Assembly: GCA_050174015.1 (NCBI GenBank)
Contig: JBFXKG010000009.1
Span: 64,001-128,000 of the forward strand
DNA: 64,000 nt
Source of the DNA: Candidatus Krumholzibacteriia bacterium
GTDB lineage: Bacteria > Krumholzibacteriota > Krumholzibacteriia > LZORAL124-64-63
Direction: 5' to 3'
In this document: positions 51,129-59,146 of the stretch, in pieces
Layout: each line of letters opens with the position of its first letter
Numbering within the stretch: position 1 is the first letter of the stretch
Position numbers and translations under genes: made by a program
The notes under the pieces: generated by a model
Database searches by the model: none
What the model saw: the letters and a program-made list of their open reading frames with translations, nothing else
Told to the model about the DNA's origin: nothing

Positions 51129-53186
51129 GTGACCGGAAGGGACGACAGGGGGCGGGGCGGTCGCGGGACCGCCCCCGCCGGGGCGTTGCGGGGCGCCCTG
51201 CATTACGCCAACGGGCGACTGCTCCGGTGGCAGCGCCTGCTGGTGGGCCTGGTGGCGGCCGCCCTGCTGCCGGTGATGTTCGTCCCCGTGCTTCCCGTGT
51301 GGCGGATCCACATGGTGGCGCCCCAGTACCGCGAGGGCCTGGAGATGCGCATCTACGCCGACGACGTCAGAGGCGACCTGCGGAACATCAACATCCTGAA
51401 CCACTACATCGGCATGCAGCAGATCTCCGCGGAGAACTTCCCGGAGTTCGACTACCTCCCCCAGGCCATCACCGCATTCGGAGCCCTGGCGCTGGTGGCG
51501 GCCTGGGTGGGCCGGCGCTGGCTCGCGTTCCTGGGCTGGCTGGGTTTCTCGGTGTTCGGCACCGTCATGATGATGCACTTCGCGGGATGGATGCACGACT
51601 ACGGGACCAACCTCGACCCCAAGGCCGCCCTGGACTTCGGGGCGTTCACCCCGCCGTTGCTGGGGACCAGCGTCAAGGGCAACTTCGTGGTCAGCTCCTG
51701 GCCCCACGCCGGGGGATACATCCTGGTGATGGCCGGCCTGCTGGGCCCCGTGCTCGCCTTCGCCGACCTGTGGCCGGCGTGGCGGCGCCGCGGGCGCTCC
51801 GGGGCCCTCCTGCTGCCGGCGCTGGGGGCGGGGATCTTCACGGTTTGCGGCGCCCCCGCCTTTGCGGCCGAATTCGTGGACTACCGCCAGGCCCCCCGGA
51901 TCAGTCCCCTGCAGGATCTGGTGACCGCGGCGGCCCCCGGCGATACGTTGACCCTGCCGGTCGGGGTGCATCCCGGGCAACTGGTGATCGACCGGCCCCT
52001 GGTCGTGGTGGGGACCCCCGCGACCGTCCTGGACGGCGAGGGCCGCGGCACCGTGGTGGTCGTCAAGGCCGCGGGCACGGTGCTGCGGGGATTCGCCGTG
52101 CGGAACAGCGGCTACGACCTCCTGCTGGACGACGCGGCGGTGCTGCTCGACGAGTCCGACGGCGTGCTGATCGACCGCCTGGTCATCGAGGACGCCAACC
52201 ACGGCATCTACGTGAGGAACGCCCGGCTGCCGGTGATCCGCGATTGCCGGCTGACCGGCCGGAGGGGCCGGGTCCACCAGGAGAATCACGGCAACGGGGT
52301 CCACGTCTGGCACGCCACCGGGGCGCTCGTCGAGGGCAACGACGTGTCCGCCCACCGCGACGGCATCTACCTGTCCTTCGCCGAGGAGGCCACCGTCACC
52401 GGCAACCTGTTCCACGGCCAGGACCGCTTCGGCCTGCATTCGATGTACAGCCAGCGCAACGTGATCACGGCAAACCTGTTCACGGCCAACACGGCCGGCA
52501 CGGCCCTGATGTTCAGCAACCGCATGCTGATGGAGGGCAACCTGTTCGCCCACAACCGGGGCCACCGGACCTACGGGCTGCTGCTGCGGGACTGCAGCGA
52601 CTCGCGCTTCGTCCACAACCGGCTGGTCGACAACACGGTCGGCCTTTTCCTGGACGGCTCGAACCGCAACACCTTCACGGACAACACGATCTCGGAATCG
52701 GGGTGGGGCGTGATCGCCTACAGCAGCTCCGAGGACAACGCGTTCACCCGCAACAACTTCCTGGACAACGACTACCAGATGTCCCTGGACATGCGCCGCA
52801 CCCGCAACCGCCTGCAGGTGGACGGGGTGGGGAACTTCTGGAGCGACGCCCGCCCCTACGACCTGGACGGCGACGGGCTGGGGGACGCCCCGCACCAGCC
52901 GGTCGGGTTCTTCGCCTTCGTCAGCAAGCAGTTCCCCGACCTGACGGTGTTCGCCGGTTCCCCCGCGATCGTGGCCCTGGACCTGGCCCAGCGCTCCTTG
53001 CCGGCCCTCCAGCTGACCGAACTGATCGACCCGCATCCCCTGCCCGCGCCGGTTGGGCTGCCGCCCTACACGGGGCCTCCGCTCCCGCGGACGGCCGGGA
53101 CCGAGGACGCGGGGCGGTTGCCCCTGGCCCTGGCCTCGCTGGCCGGGTCGGGCGCCGGCCTGGCGGTGCTGCGGAGACGGCGATGA
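51129..53186 (+). CDS. nosD: NosB-NosD fusion protein
   Basis: N-half APQYREGL...NINILNHYIGM...YGTNLDP.A...PPLLG (NosB); C-half beta-helix GNGVHVW, RDGIY, RFGLHSMYS, GNFWSD..YDLDGDGLGD (NosD); no stop between them. Confidence 0.88.
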   Translation: MTGRDDRGRGGRGTAPAGALRGALHYANGRLLRWQRLLVGLVAAALLPVMFVPVLPVWRIHMVAPQYREGLEMRIYADDVRGDLRNINILNHYIGMQQISAENFPEFDYLPQAITAFGALALVAAWVGRRWLAFLGWLGFSVFGTVMMMHFAGWMHDYGTNLDPKAALDFGAFTPPLLGTSVKGNFVVSSWPHAGGYILVMAGLLGPVLAFADLWPAWRRRGRSGALLLPALGAGIFTVCGAPAFAAEFVDYRQAPRISPLQDLVTAAAPGDTLTLPVGVHPGQLVIDRPLVVVGTPATVLDGEGRGTVVVVKAAGTVLRGFAVRNSGYDLLLDDAAVLLDESDGVLIDRLVIEDANHGIYVRNARLPVIRDCRLTGRRGRVHQENHGNGVHVWHATGALVEGNDVSAHRDGIYLSFAEEATVTGNLFHGQDRFGLHSMYSQRNVITANLFTANTAGTALMFSNRMLMEGNLFAHNRGHRTYGLLLRDCSDSRFVHNRLVDNTVGLFLDGSNRNTFTDNTISESGWGVIAYSSSEDNAFTRNNFLDNDYQMSLDMRRTRNRLQVDGVGNFWSDARPYDLDGDGLGDAPHQPVGFFAFVSKQFPDLTVFAGSPAIVALDLAQRSLPALQLTELIDPHPLPAPVGLPPYTGPPLPRTAGTEDAGRLPLALASLAGSGAGLAVLRRRR

Positions 53187-53917
53187 TCAAGGCCGCGGGG
53201 CTGCAGAAGAGGTACGGTGCGGTGCTCGCCCTGCGCGGCGTGGACTTCACGGTGCGTGAGGGGGAGACCTTCGGCATCATCGGCCCCAACGGCGCGGGCA
53301 AGACCACCCTGCTGAAGGTGCTGCTCGGGCTGGTGCGGCCGGATTCCGGAACCGTGGCCATCGCCGGGGTGGATCTGGCCGCCGATCCGGTGCGCCTGAG
53401 GCGGTCGGTGGGCTACGTGCCCCAGCGGGACGGGTTCGACGAGGGGGCCACGGGGCGGGAAGCCCTGGGATTCCTGGCCGGACTGCGCGGTGTGCCTCGG
53501 GCCGAGGTCGCCGAGCGCGCCGCGGCGGTGGGCGTCGGCAAGCTCCTGGACCGCCCGGTGGGGACGCTGTCCGGCGGCCAGCGCCAGCGCCTGAGCGTGG
53601 CGGCCTCCCTGCTTGGCGATCCGCCGGTCCTGCTGCTGGACGAGCCCACGGCCAGCCTGGATCCCCGCGCGACCGCCGCATTCCGGGCCCTGATTTCCGA
53701 GCTGGCCGCGGCGGGACGGACCGTCGTGCTCTGCTCGCACCTCCTGGACGACGTGGAGCGCCTGTGCGGGCGCGTGATGGTGTTGCTGGACGGCAGGGTG
53801 GCGGCCGTCGAGACGGTGGACCGCGAGGCCGCGGCCCGGCCCCCCGGGGGGCTGGAAGCCCGTTTCCTGGCGGCGGTGGGCGCGGAGGAGGAGGATGACG
53901 ATGACGATCACGAGTAG
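53183..53917 (+). CDS. nosF: ABC ATP-binding protein NosF
   Basis: ATGA overlap; GPNGAGKTT, LSGGQRQR, LDEPTASLDP; nos context. Confidence 0.88.
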   Translation: MIKAAGLQKRYGAVLALRGVDFTVREGETFGIIGPNGAGKTTLLKVLLGLVRPDSGTVAIAGVDLAADPVRLRRSVGYVPQRDGFDEGATGREALGFLAGLRGVPRAEVAERAAAVGVGKLLDRPVGTLSGGQRQRLSVAASLLGDPPVLLLDEPTASLDPRATAAFRALISELAAAGRTVVLCSHLLDDVERLCGRVMVLLDGRVAAVETVDREAAARPPGGLEARFLAAVGAEEEDDDDDHE

Positions 53918-54365
53918 GATTCCGGCGGTTCTGGTCCTGGCTGCGGCGGCTTGGATGGGCTGCGGTGGCGCCGGGGACGACGGCCCGCCCGACCTGTCCG
54001 GCGGCGACCTGCGCTGCTCCGCCTGCGGCATGGCCGTGGCCGATCCCCGCTACGCCGCCGCCATCCGCACCCCCGAAGGGGGGATCGCGGCCTACGACGC
54101 CATCGAGTGCGCCGTGCGCGATCTGCGGACGCGGACCGGCGCGCGCGCCCCGGCGGAAATCTGGCTGTCGGATATGCCCACGGCCGCGTTGCGTCCGGCG
54201 TCCGGGATGACCGTGGTCCTGGCGGACTTCCCCTCGCCCATGGGCGGCGGCTACGCCGCGTTCGCCGATCCGTCGGTGGCCGCCGCCGAGACCGAACGCC
54301 GGGCCGGAGTGGCGGGCTCCCTCGAGCAGTTCGTCGCCGGGGCCCTGCGCCGGCCGGGGAACTGA
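53895..54365 (+). CDS. nosL: Copper chaperone lipoprotein NosL
   Basis: Lipobox WMGC; CSACGMAV.DPRYAA; YDAIEC; SPMGGG..AF. Confidence 0.88.
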   Translation: MTMTITSRIPAVLVLAAAAWMGCGGAGDDGPPDLSGGDLRCSACGMAVADPRYAAAIRTPEGGIAAYDAIECAVRDLRTRTGARAPAEIWLSDMPTAALRPASGMTVVLADFPSPMGGGYAAFADPSVAAAETERRAGVAGSLEQFVAGALRRPGN

Positions 54366-54367
54366 GC

Positions 54368-54781
54368 GTGAAGGGACTGGGCATGGTAGCCCTGGCGGCG
54401 CTGGTCGGAGCATTGGGCCTGGCCCTGCTGGGCGACCGGCTGGGCCAGGGCAACCTGCAGGAGGCGCCGCCTTTGGCTGCGCCCGTCCATGAGGCGGCCA
54501 TCGAGCTGACCGCCGACGGCATGGTCCCCCCCAAGCTGCGGGTGCCCAAGGACCACGAGCTGCACCTGCTCGTCAGGGCGGCCCCCGACGCTCCCGAGGG
54601 AATCCTCACGATCGGCGGCTACCCCGATCCGTCGGTCGCGGTGGACATCGGACCGGGCTCGTCCCGGGAGATGGTCTTCCTGTGCGACCGGCCGGGAGAC
54701 GACTTCGCCTTCCTGCTGGGGGGCCGGGTGGTCGGCCGCCTGGAAGTCACCGGCAGCCATCTCGAGGACGGTCACCAGTGA
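54368..54781 (+). CDS. Membrane-anchored cupredoxin-like hypothetical protein in the nos cluster
   Basis: N-terminal TM; IELTADGMVPPKLRVP...IGPG.SREMVF..DRPG...GRLEV pattern; GTGA overlap with nosY. Confidence 0.65.
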   Translation: MKGLGMVALAALVGALGLALLGDRLGQGNLQEAPPLAAPVHEAAIELTADGMVPPKLRVPKDHELHLLVRAAPDAPEGILTIGGYPDPSVAVDIGPGSSREMVFLCDRPGDDFAFLLGGRVVGRLEVTGSHLEDGHQ

Positions 54782-55599
54782 ACGGGTGTTTGATCGTGGC
54801 GGGCGAGAGCCTTCGCCGGGTGTCGGCCGCCCGGGCGATCCTGCTGTTCGCCGTGCTGTTCGGCGCCCTGGCCCTGGGGCTCAGCTTCTTCGGCCTGGCC
54901 GGGCAGAGGGCGTCGGGGTTCCAGGGCTTCGCCCGCCTGACCGCGAGCCTGCTCAACCTGGTGGTCTACGTGGTCCCCCTGATGGCCCTGATGGTGGGCA
55001 CCACCGAGGTGGCGGGCCGCCTGCACCACCTGTCGGTGGTCCTGGCCCAGCCGGTGGGCCGGACGGCGGTGCTGCTGGGCAACTACCTGGGCGTGGCCGG
55101 GGCCTTGGCGGCCGCCCTGGTGATCGGCCTGGGTGCGGCCGGGGTGCTGGTGGCCCTGCAGACCTCGACCGCCTCGGTCGGCGGGTTCCTGGCCCTGGTG
55201 GCCACGGCCCTGGCGATGCTGCTGGCGTTCCTCGCCGTGGCGTTCCTGCTGGGGGTGGTGTTCCTGGACCGGCTGCGGGCCATGGGCGCGGCGGTGGTGT
55301 TCTGGTTCGCGGCCGTGGTGGGGTACGACCTGGCCGTGATCGGCGTCAGCTCCCTGCTGAAGGGGGTGGCGCTGAAGACCGTCCTGCTGCCGGCGATCCT
55401 CCTCAATCCGGTGGACCTGGCCCGGGTCATCGTGACCCTGGCCGGGGGCCGGGGCGCCCTCTTCGGGCCTGCGGGAGCCGCCCTGGTGGACGTGTTCGGG
55501 GGACCGGGGGGGACCGCCCTGGCGGCGGGGGCCCTGGCGATGCACGTCCTGCTGCCGCTCGGGGCGGCGGTTGCGGTGTTCCGGAGGAGGGATCTGTAG
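54778..55599 (+). CDS. nosY: ABC permease NosY
   Basis: SLLNLVVYVVPLMAL, LAQPVGR, YDL, LLNPVDLAR; multiple TM helices. Confidence 0.88.
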   Translation: MNGCLIVAGESLRRVSAARAILLFAVLFGALALGLSFFGLAGQRASGFQGFARLTASLLNLVVYVVPLMALMVGTTEVAGRLHHLSVVLAQPVGRTAVLLGNYLGVAGALAAALVIGLGAAGVLVALQTSTASVGGFLALVATALAMLLAFLAVAFLLGVVFLDRLRAMGAAVVFWFAAVVGYDLAVIGVSSLLKGVALKTVLLPAILLNPVDLARVIVTLAGGRGALFGPAGAALVDVFGGPGGTALAAGALAMHVLLPLGAAVAVFRRRDL

Positions 55600-56006
55600 G
55601 GTCCGCTTTCCTGGGGACGGAGGGAAGGCACCACCAAGAGAGACACCCATCTCGTGAAAGGACGATCGAATCAGCCTACGCGCATCGCCCATGGGCATGC
55701 AATCAATAGGCCGATTTTTTACAGCAGCGCCTTTCATTTGATAAATAAATTCGCCGATAGGTTCATTTGAACCCTTCCGCGATATGATTTTTCAAATTCG
55801 GAAACACCACCCGGCTGGTGTCGTTTGTGCAACGGAAATGAATTTCCAACAAGTCCCGAAACTGATGTCTGGATGCCGGATTTGATCGCGAAAGTTGTTC
55901 AGATGTGAATGAATTGGGGTCAATCAGCAGCTTATCGCCGTCTCCTGGGGTAACCTTGAGTGAAGCCCTGGCGGTGGCCGATAATGGTCCCGGGACAACC
56001 CCGATG

Positions 56007-56960
56007 TCATTGCCCTGAAGTTGTCCGCGTAGCGGCCTTGACCCCCCGCAACCCGTCCCGCGCCGAATCCCCCAGCCGCCCCATGGCGTAGATCACGAGC
56101 ATCGCCAGCAGCATCCCCGCCGCCACGTCCACGACGTAGTGGTAGCGGCAGTAGACCGTCGACATGCACAGCAGGACGAACAGCAGGGTCATCCACCAGC
56201 GGTGGCGGGGGAACCATACCCAGGTATGCCACCAGGGGATGAACGAGGCCGCCACGTGGGACGAGGGGAACGCGGCGCCGAGGATGGCGCCGTTGTCGTG
56301 GATGTGGCGCATGATGTCCGTGAAGATCCAGCCGCCCACGTCCACGTACCCCGCGCGGAAGTACTTGGGCCCCCAGGCCGGGAACAGGGTGTAGAGCGTG
56401 TAGCAGATGAGCATGACCGCGCTGAGGTCGCGCACGAAGGCGCGCACGGCGTCCCAGCGAAGGTCGCGGGGGACGCCGCGGGCCCGGAACACCAGCACCA
56501 GGAAGATCACCGCCAGGAAGTAGTAGCTGAAGTAGGCGAACTCCATCAGCTCGTGGAACCAGGGCCAGGGCCACACGTGCGACCATTCCAGGCTCGGCTG
56601 GAAGCCGAAGATCTTCTGCTCCAGGTCGATCAGGGCGGGATCCAGGCTGTTCTCGAAGTCGAAGAAGATCAGGCCCAGGTACTCCATCTCGGCGTAGAAC
56701 ATGGGGAAGATGGCCGGCAGATAGGCCTCGCCGAGGATGCGCGGCAGGAACCGGCGGCGAGACCGCAGCCAGGGCGGGATGAACCAGATGGCCAGCGCCA
56801 GGGCGCCGTGCACCAGGGCGTTGGTCCACGGGCTGGGAAAGACCGAAGGCTTCAGGACCGGATAGAAGGCGCTGATCAGCAGGTAGGCCACGGCGTAGCG
56901 GTCGATGTTCATCCGCCGCAGGGACAGGTGGGTCAGCCGCCTCTTCAGGGTCACAGCCAT
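56007..56960 (-). CDS. PAP2 superfamily membrane enzyme (Aur1/IPC-synthase-like)
   Basis: Multiple TM; FAYFSYY, LFPAWGP, AAFPSSHV, RYHYVVDV. Confidence 0.85.
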   Translation of the reverse strand: MAVTLKRRLTHLSLRRMNIDRYAVAYLLISAFYPVLKPSVFPSPWTNALVHGALALAIWFIPPWLRSRRRFLPRILGEAYLPAIFPMFYAEMEYLGLIFFDFENSLDPALIDLEQKIFGFQPSLEWSHVWPWPWFHELMEFAYFSYYFLAVIFLVLVFRARGVPRDLRWDAVRAFVRDLSAVMLICYTLYTLFPAWGPKYFRAGYVDVGGWIFTDIMRHIHDNGAILGAAFPSSHVAASFIPWWHTWVWFPRHRWWMTLLFVLLCMSTVYCRYHYVVDVAAGMLLAMLVIYAMGRLGDSARDGLRGVKAATRTTSGQ

Positions 56961-57958
56961 CCTTCTTCCCGGTAGAAGGCCAGGGCGTCGGCAAGGCCGG
57001 GGCCCAGGCGGTATCGCGCCGAAAATCCCGTCGCCTCGCGCAGGCGCGACCCGTCGCACGCCCAGCCCGGGACCTCCAGGTCGCGAATCCGGTCGCGGCG
57101 CAGGACCGACACCCCGCCGCCCGTCAGGGGTCTCAGGATCGCGGCGACCGTCCTGAGCAGTCCCAGGGGGATCACCACGGTGCGCACCCGCCGGCCGCAG
57201 GCTTCGCCCAGGGCATCGGCCAGCTCGGCCCAGGTGTAGCCGGCCCGGCCGTCGTCCACGAAGAACGTCCCGGTGGCCGCGGGGGTTGCGACCAGGGCCA
57301 CGGCGGCCCGGGCGGCGTCGCGGCCGTCCACCAGGGACAAGCCCTGCATGGGACCGGAAAAGCGGGCCGTCCAGCCCCGCCGGGCGGCCCTGAGCAGAGG
57401 CAGGAAGCCCCGGTCGCGCGGTCCGTAGAGGGCGGGCGGGCGCAGGACCAGGCACCGGAAGGGCCAGCCGCGGCCGACCAGTTCCTCGGCGGCCGCCTTG
57501 CTGCGGCCGTAGCCGGTGATCGGGCGGCAGGGGGCCTCCTCGCGGGCGGGGCGGTCCAGGCCCGCGGGCCCGTGCGCGGCGAGGCTGGACACCAGCAGGA
57601 AGGTTTGGCGGCCTGCGCCCTCGGCCCAGGTTTCACGGCAGGCCTCCAGCAACACCCCGGTCGAGTGCACGTTGGCCTGGAAGTAGGCCGCCTCGGAATC
57701 GGCGGCGACGAGGCCGGCGCAGTGGATGACCGCCGCGGCATCCCGGACGAACGACCGGCAGGCCTCCGGCGATCCCAGATCGACGTCGACGATCTCCAGC
57801 CCCTTGCCGGAGAGCCGGCGGCGATCGCTGGTCGGCCGCACGGCGCACCGCACGCGCCACCCGGCCTCCAGAAGCGCGTCGGCGATGTGGCTGCCGAGGA
57901 ACCCGCTGCCGCCGGTCAGGGCGGCCAGGGGCCCACCGAAGCCTGCGCCGGTGCTCAT
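56951..57958 (-). CDS. NAD-dependent epimerase/dehydratase-family reductase (putative ceramide reductase, CerR-like)
   Basis: TGGSGFLG, HCAG, VSSLAA, YGRSK, RPPALYGPRD; overlaps both neighbours. Confidence 0.85.
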   Translation of the reverse strand: MSTGAGFGGPLAALTGGSGFLGSHIADALLEAGWRVRCAVRPTSDRRRLSGKGLEIVDVDLGSPEACRSFVRDAAAVIHCAGLVAADSEAAYFQANVHSTGVLLEACRETWAEGAGRQTFLLVSSLAAHGPAGLDRPAREEAPCRPITGYGRSKAAAEELVGRGWPFRCLVLRPPALYGPRDRGFLPLLRAARRGWTARFSGPMQGLSLVDGRDAARAAVALVATPAATGTFFVDDGRAGYTWAELADALGEACGRRVRTVVIPLGLLRTVAAILRPLTGGGVSVLRRDRIRDLEVPGWACDGSRLREATGFSARYRLGPGLADALAFYREEGWL

Positions 57959-59082
57959 CCCACCGCCCGTTCGTAGACCCGGTAGGTCTTGTAACGGTCG
58001 CCGCCGTAGCCCTCGAGGATGCGGTTCATGGGGATGTTGTCCTCGAGGATCCACGAGCACTCGCCGGCGGTGATGCCGCGGGCGAAGGCGGCCTGCATGG
58101 TCCGGAAGACCATGGCCACGTCCACGCCCAGCTTGCGGTGCTCGTGCAGTACGCCCATCAGCGGAGTGCGCGCGTACCGGATGCGCCTCTTGGCCAGCAG
58201 GAACTTCAGCCAGCCGAAGGGCAGCAGCCTGCCCTTCAGGGGCTGCAGGGCCTGGTTGAAGTCGGGGATGGTCAGGCTGAACCCGATGGGCTTGCCGTCC
58301 AGCTCGGCGATGAGCAGGAACTCGGGGTCGACCATGGACTTCATGTCCTTGGCCATGTAGGCGAACTCCGCGTCGTCCATGGGGATGAACCCCCAGTTGC
58401 GGCTCCAGCATTCGTTGTAGAGCTCCCGGACCAGCCCGGCCTCGGCGGAGAAGTTCTTCATGTCGAAGGGACGGATCACCAGACCCGGCCGCTCGAGGAT
58501 GCGGTCGATCATCTGCCGCATCTTGTCCGGGATCTCCCCGCGGGTGCGGATCTCCCAGGCGAACAAATCTTTGACCCCGGTCAGGCCGAAATCCTCGAGT
58601 TGCTTCTCGTAGTAGCGGGGATTGTAGGGCATGCCCAGCACGGGCCGGTTGAATCTGCCGGCGACCTGCAGCCCGTACCAGTCGTGGTTCGAGGTGAAGC
58701 AGCCGGGGCCGCGCATGACCTCCATGCCCCGCCCGGCGATCCAGTCCCGGGAGGTCTCGAGCAGGGCGGCCGCGGCCTCCGCGTCGTCCTCGACCTCGTA
58801 GAAGCCGAAGAACCCCACCTTCTCGTTCCAGTGCTCGTTGTTGTAGCGATCGACGCAGGCGGCGATGCGCCCGATGATCCGACCGTCCCGGAGGGCGAGC
58901 CAGAGCTGTGACTCGGCGTGGTCGTGGAAGGGGTTCTTCTTCCTGTCGAAGAAGTGCTTCTGTTCGCTCAGCAGGGGGAAGACCTGGTTGGGGTCGTCGC
59001 GGTAGATGCGGTGCGGGACCTTCAGGAAGGCGTCCAGTTCGGCCGGGGACTGCACCGGCTGGATGGTCACGGCCATGGTCAT
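57955..59082 (-). CDS. GNAT-fold N-acyltransferase (YghO-like; putative bacterial ceramide synthase bCerS)
   Basis: IY.DDPN..PL, KNPF, GRIAA, GFFGFYE, MPYNP.YY, WSRNWGFIPM, PDFNQ, GRLLPFGW, ECSWILEDN, KTYRVY. Confidence 0.85.
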   Translation of the reverse strand: MTMAVTIQPVQSPAELDAFLKVPHRIYRDDPNQVFPLLSEQKHFFDRKKNPFHDHAESQLWLALRDGRIIGRIAACVDRYNNEHWNEKVGFFGFYEVEDDAEAAAALLETSRDWIAGRGMEVMRGPGCFTSNHDWYGLQVAGRFNRPVLGMPYNPRYYEKQLEDFGLTGVKDLFAWEIRTRGEIPDKMRQMIDRILERPGLVIRPFDMKNFSAEAGLVRELYNECWSRNWGFIPMDDAEFAYMAKDMKSMVDPEFLLIAELDGKPIGFSLTIPDFNQALQPLKGRLLPFGWLKFLLAKRRIRYARTPLMGVLHEHRKLGVDVAMVFRTMQAAFARGITAGECSWILEDNIPMNRILEGYGGDRYKTYRVYERAVG

Positions 59083-59146
59083 GCTCCTTGTGGGAAAGCC
59101 CGGGCCCCCTGCGGGATCCCGGGCTGTTCGAGCGGCAAGCCCCGGA

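Noticed and set aside
51227..53182. 896-aa ORF extending nosF upstream
   Set aside because: Alternative frame of nosB-D; NosF motifs start at ATG 53183.
55738..55751. FNR-like box beginning TTGAT
   Set aside because: The second half-site ATCAA is absent.
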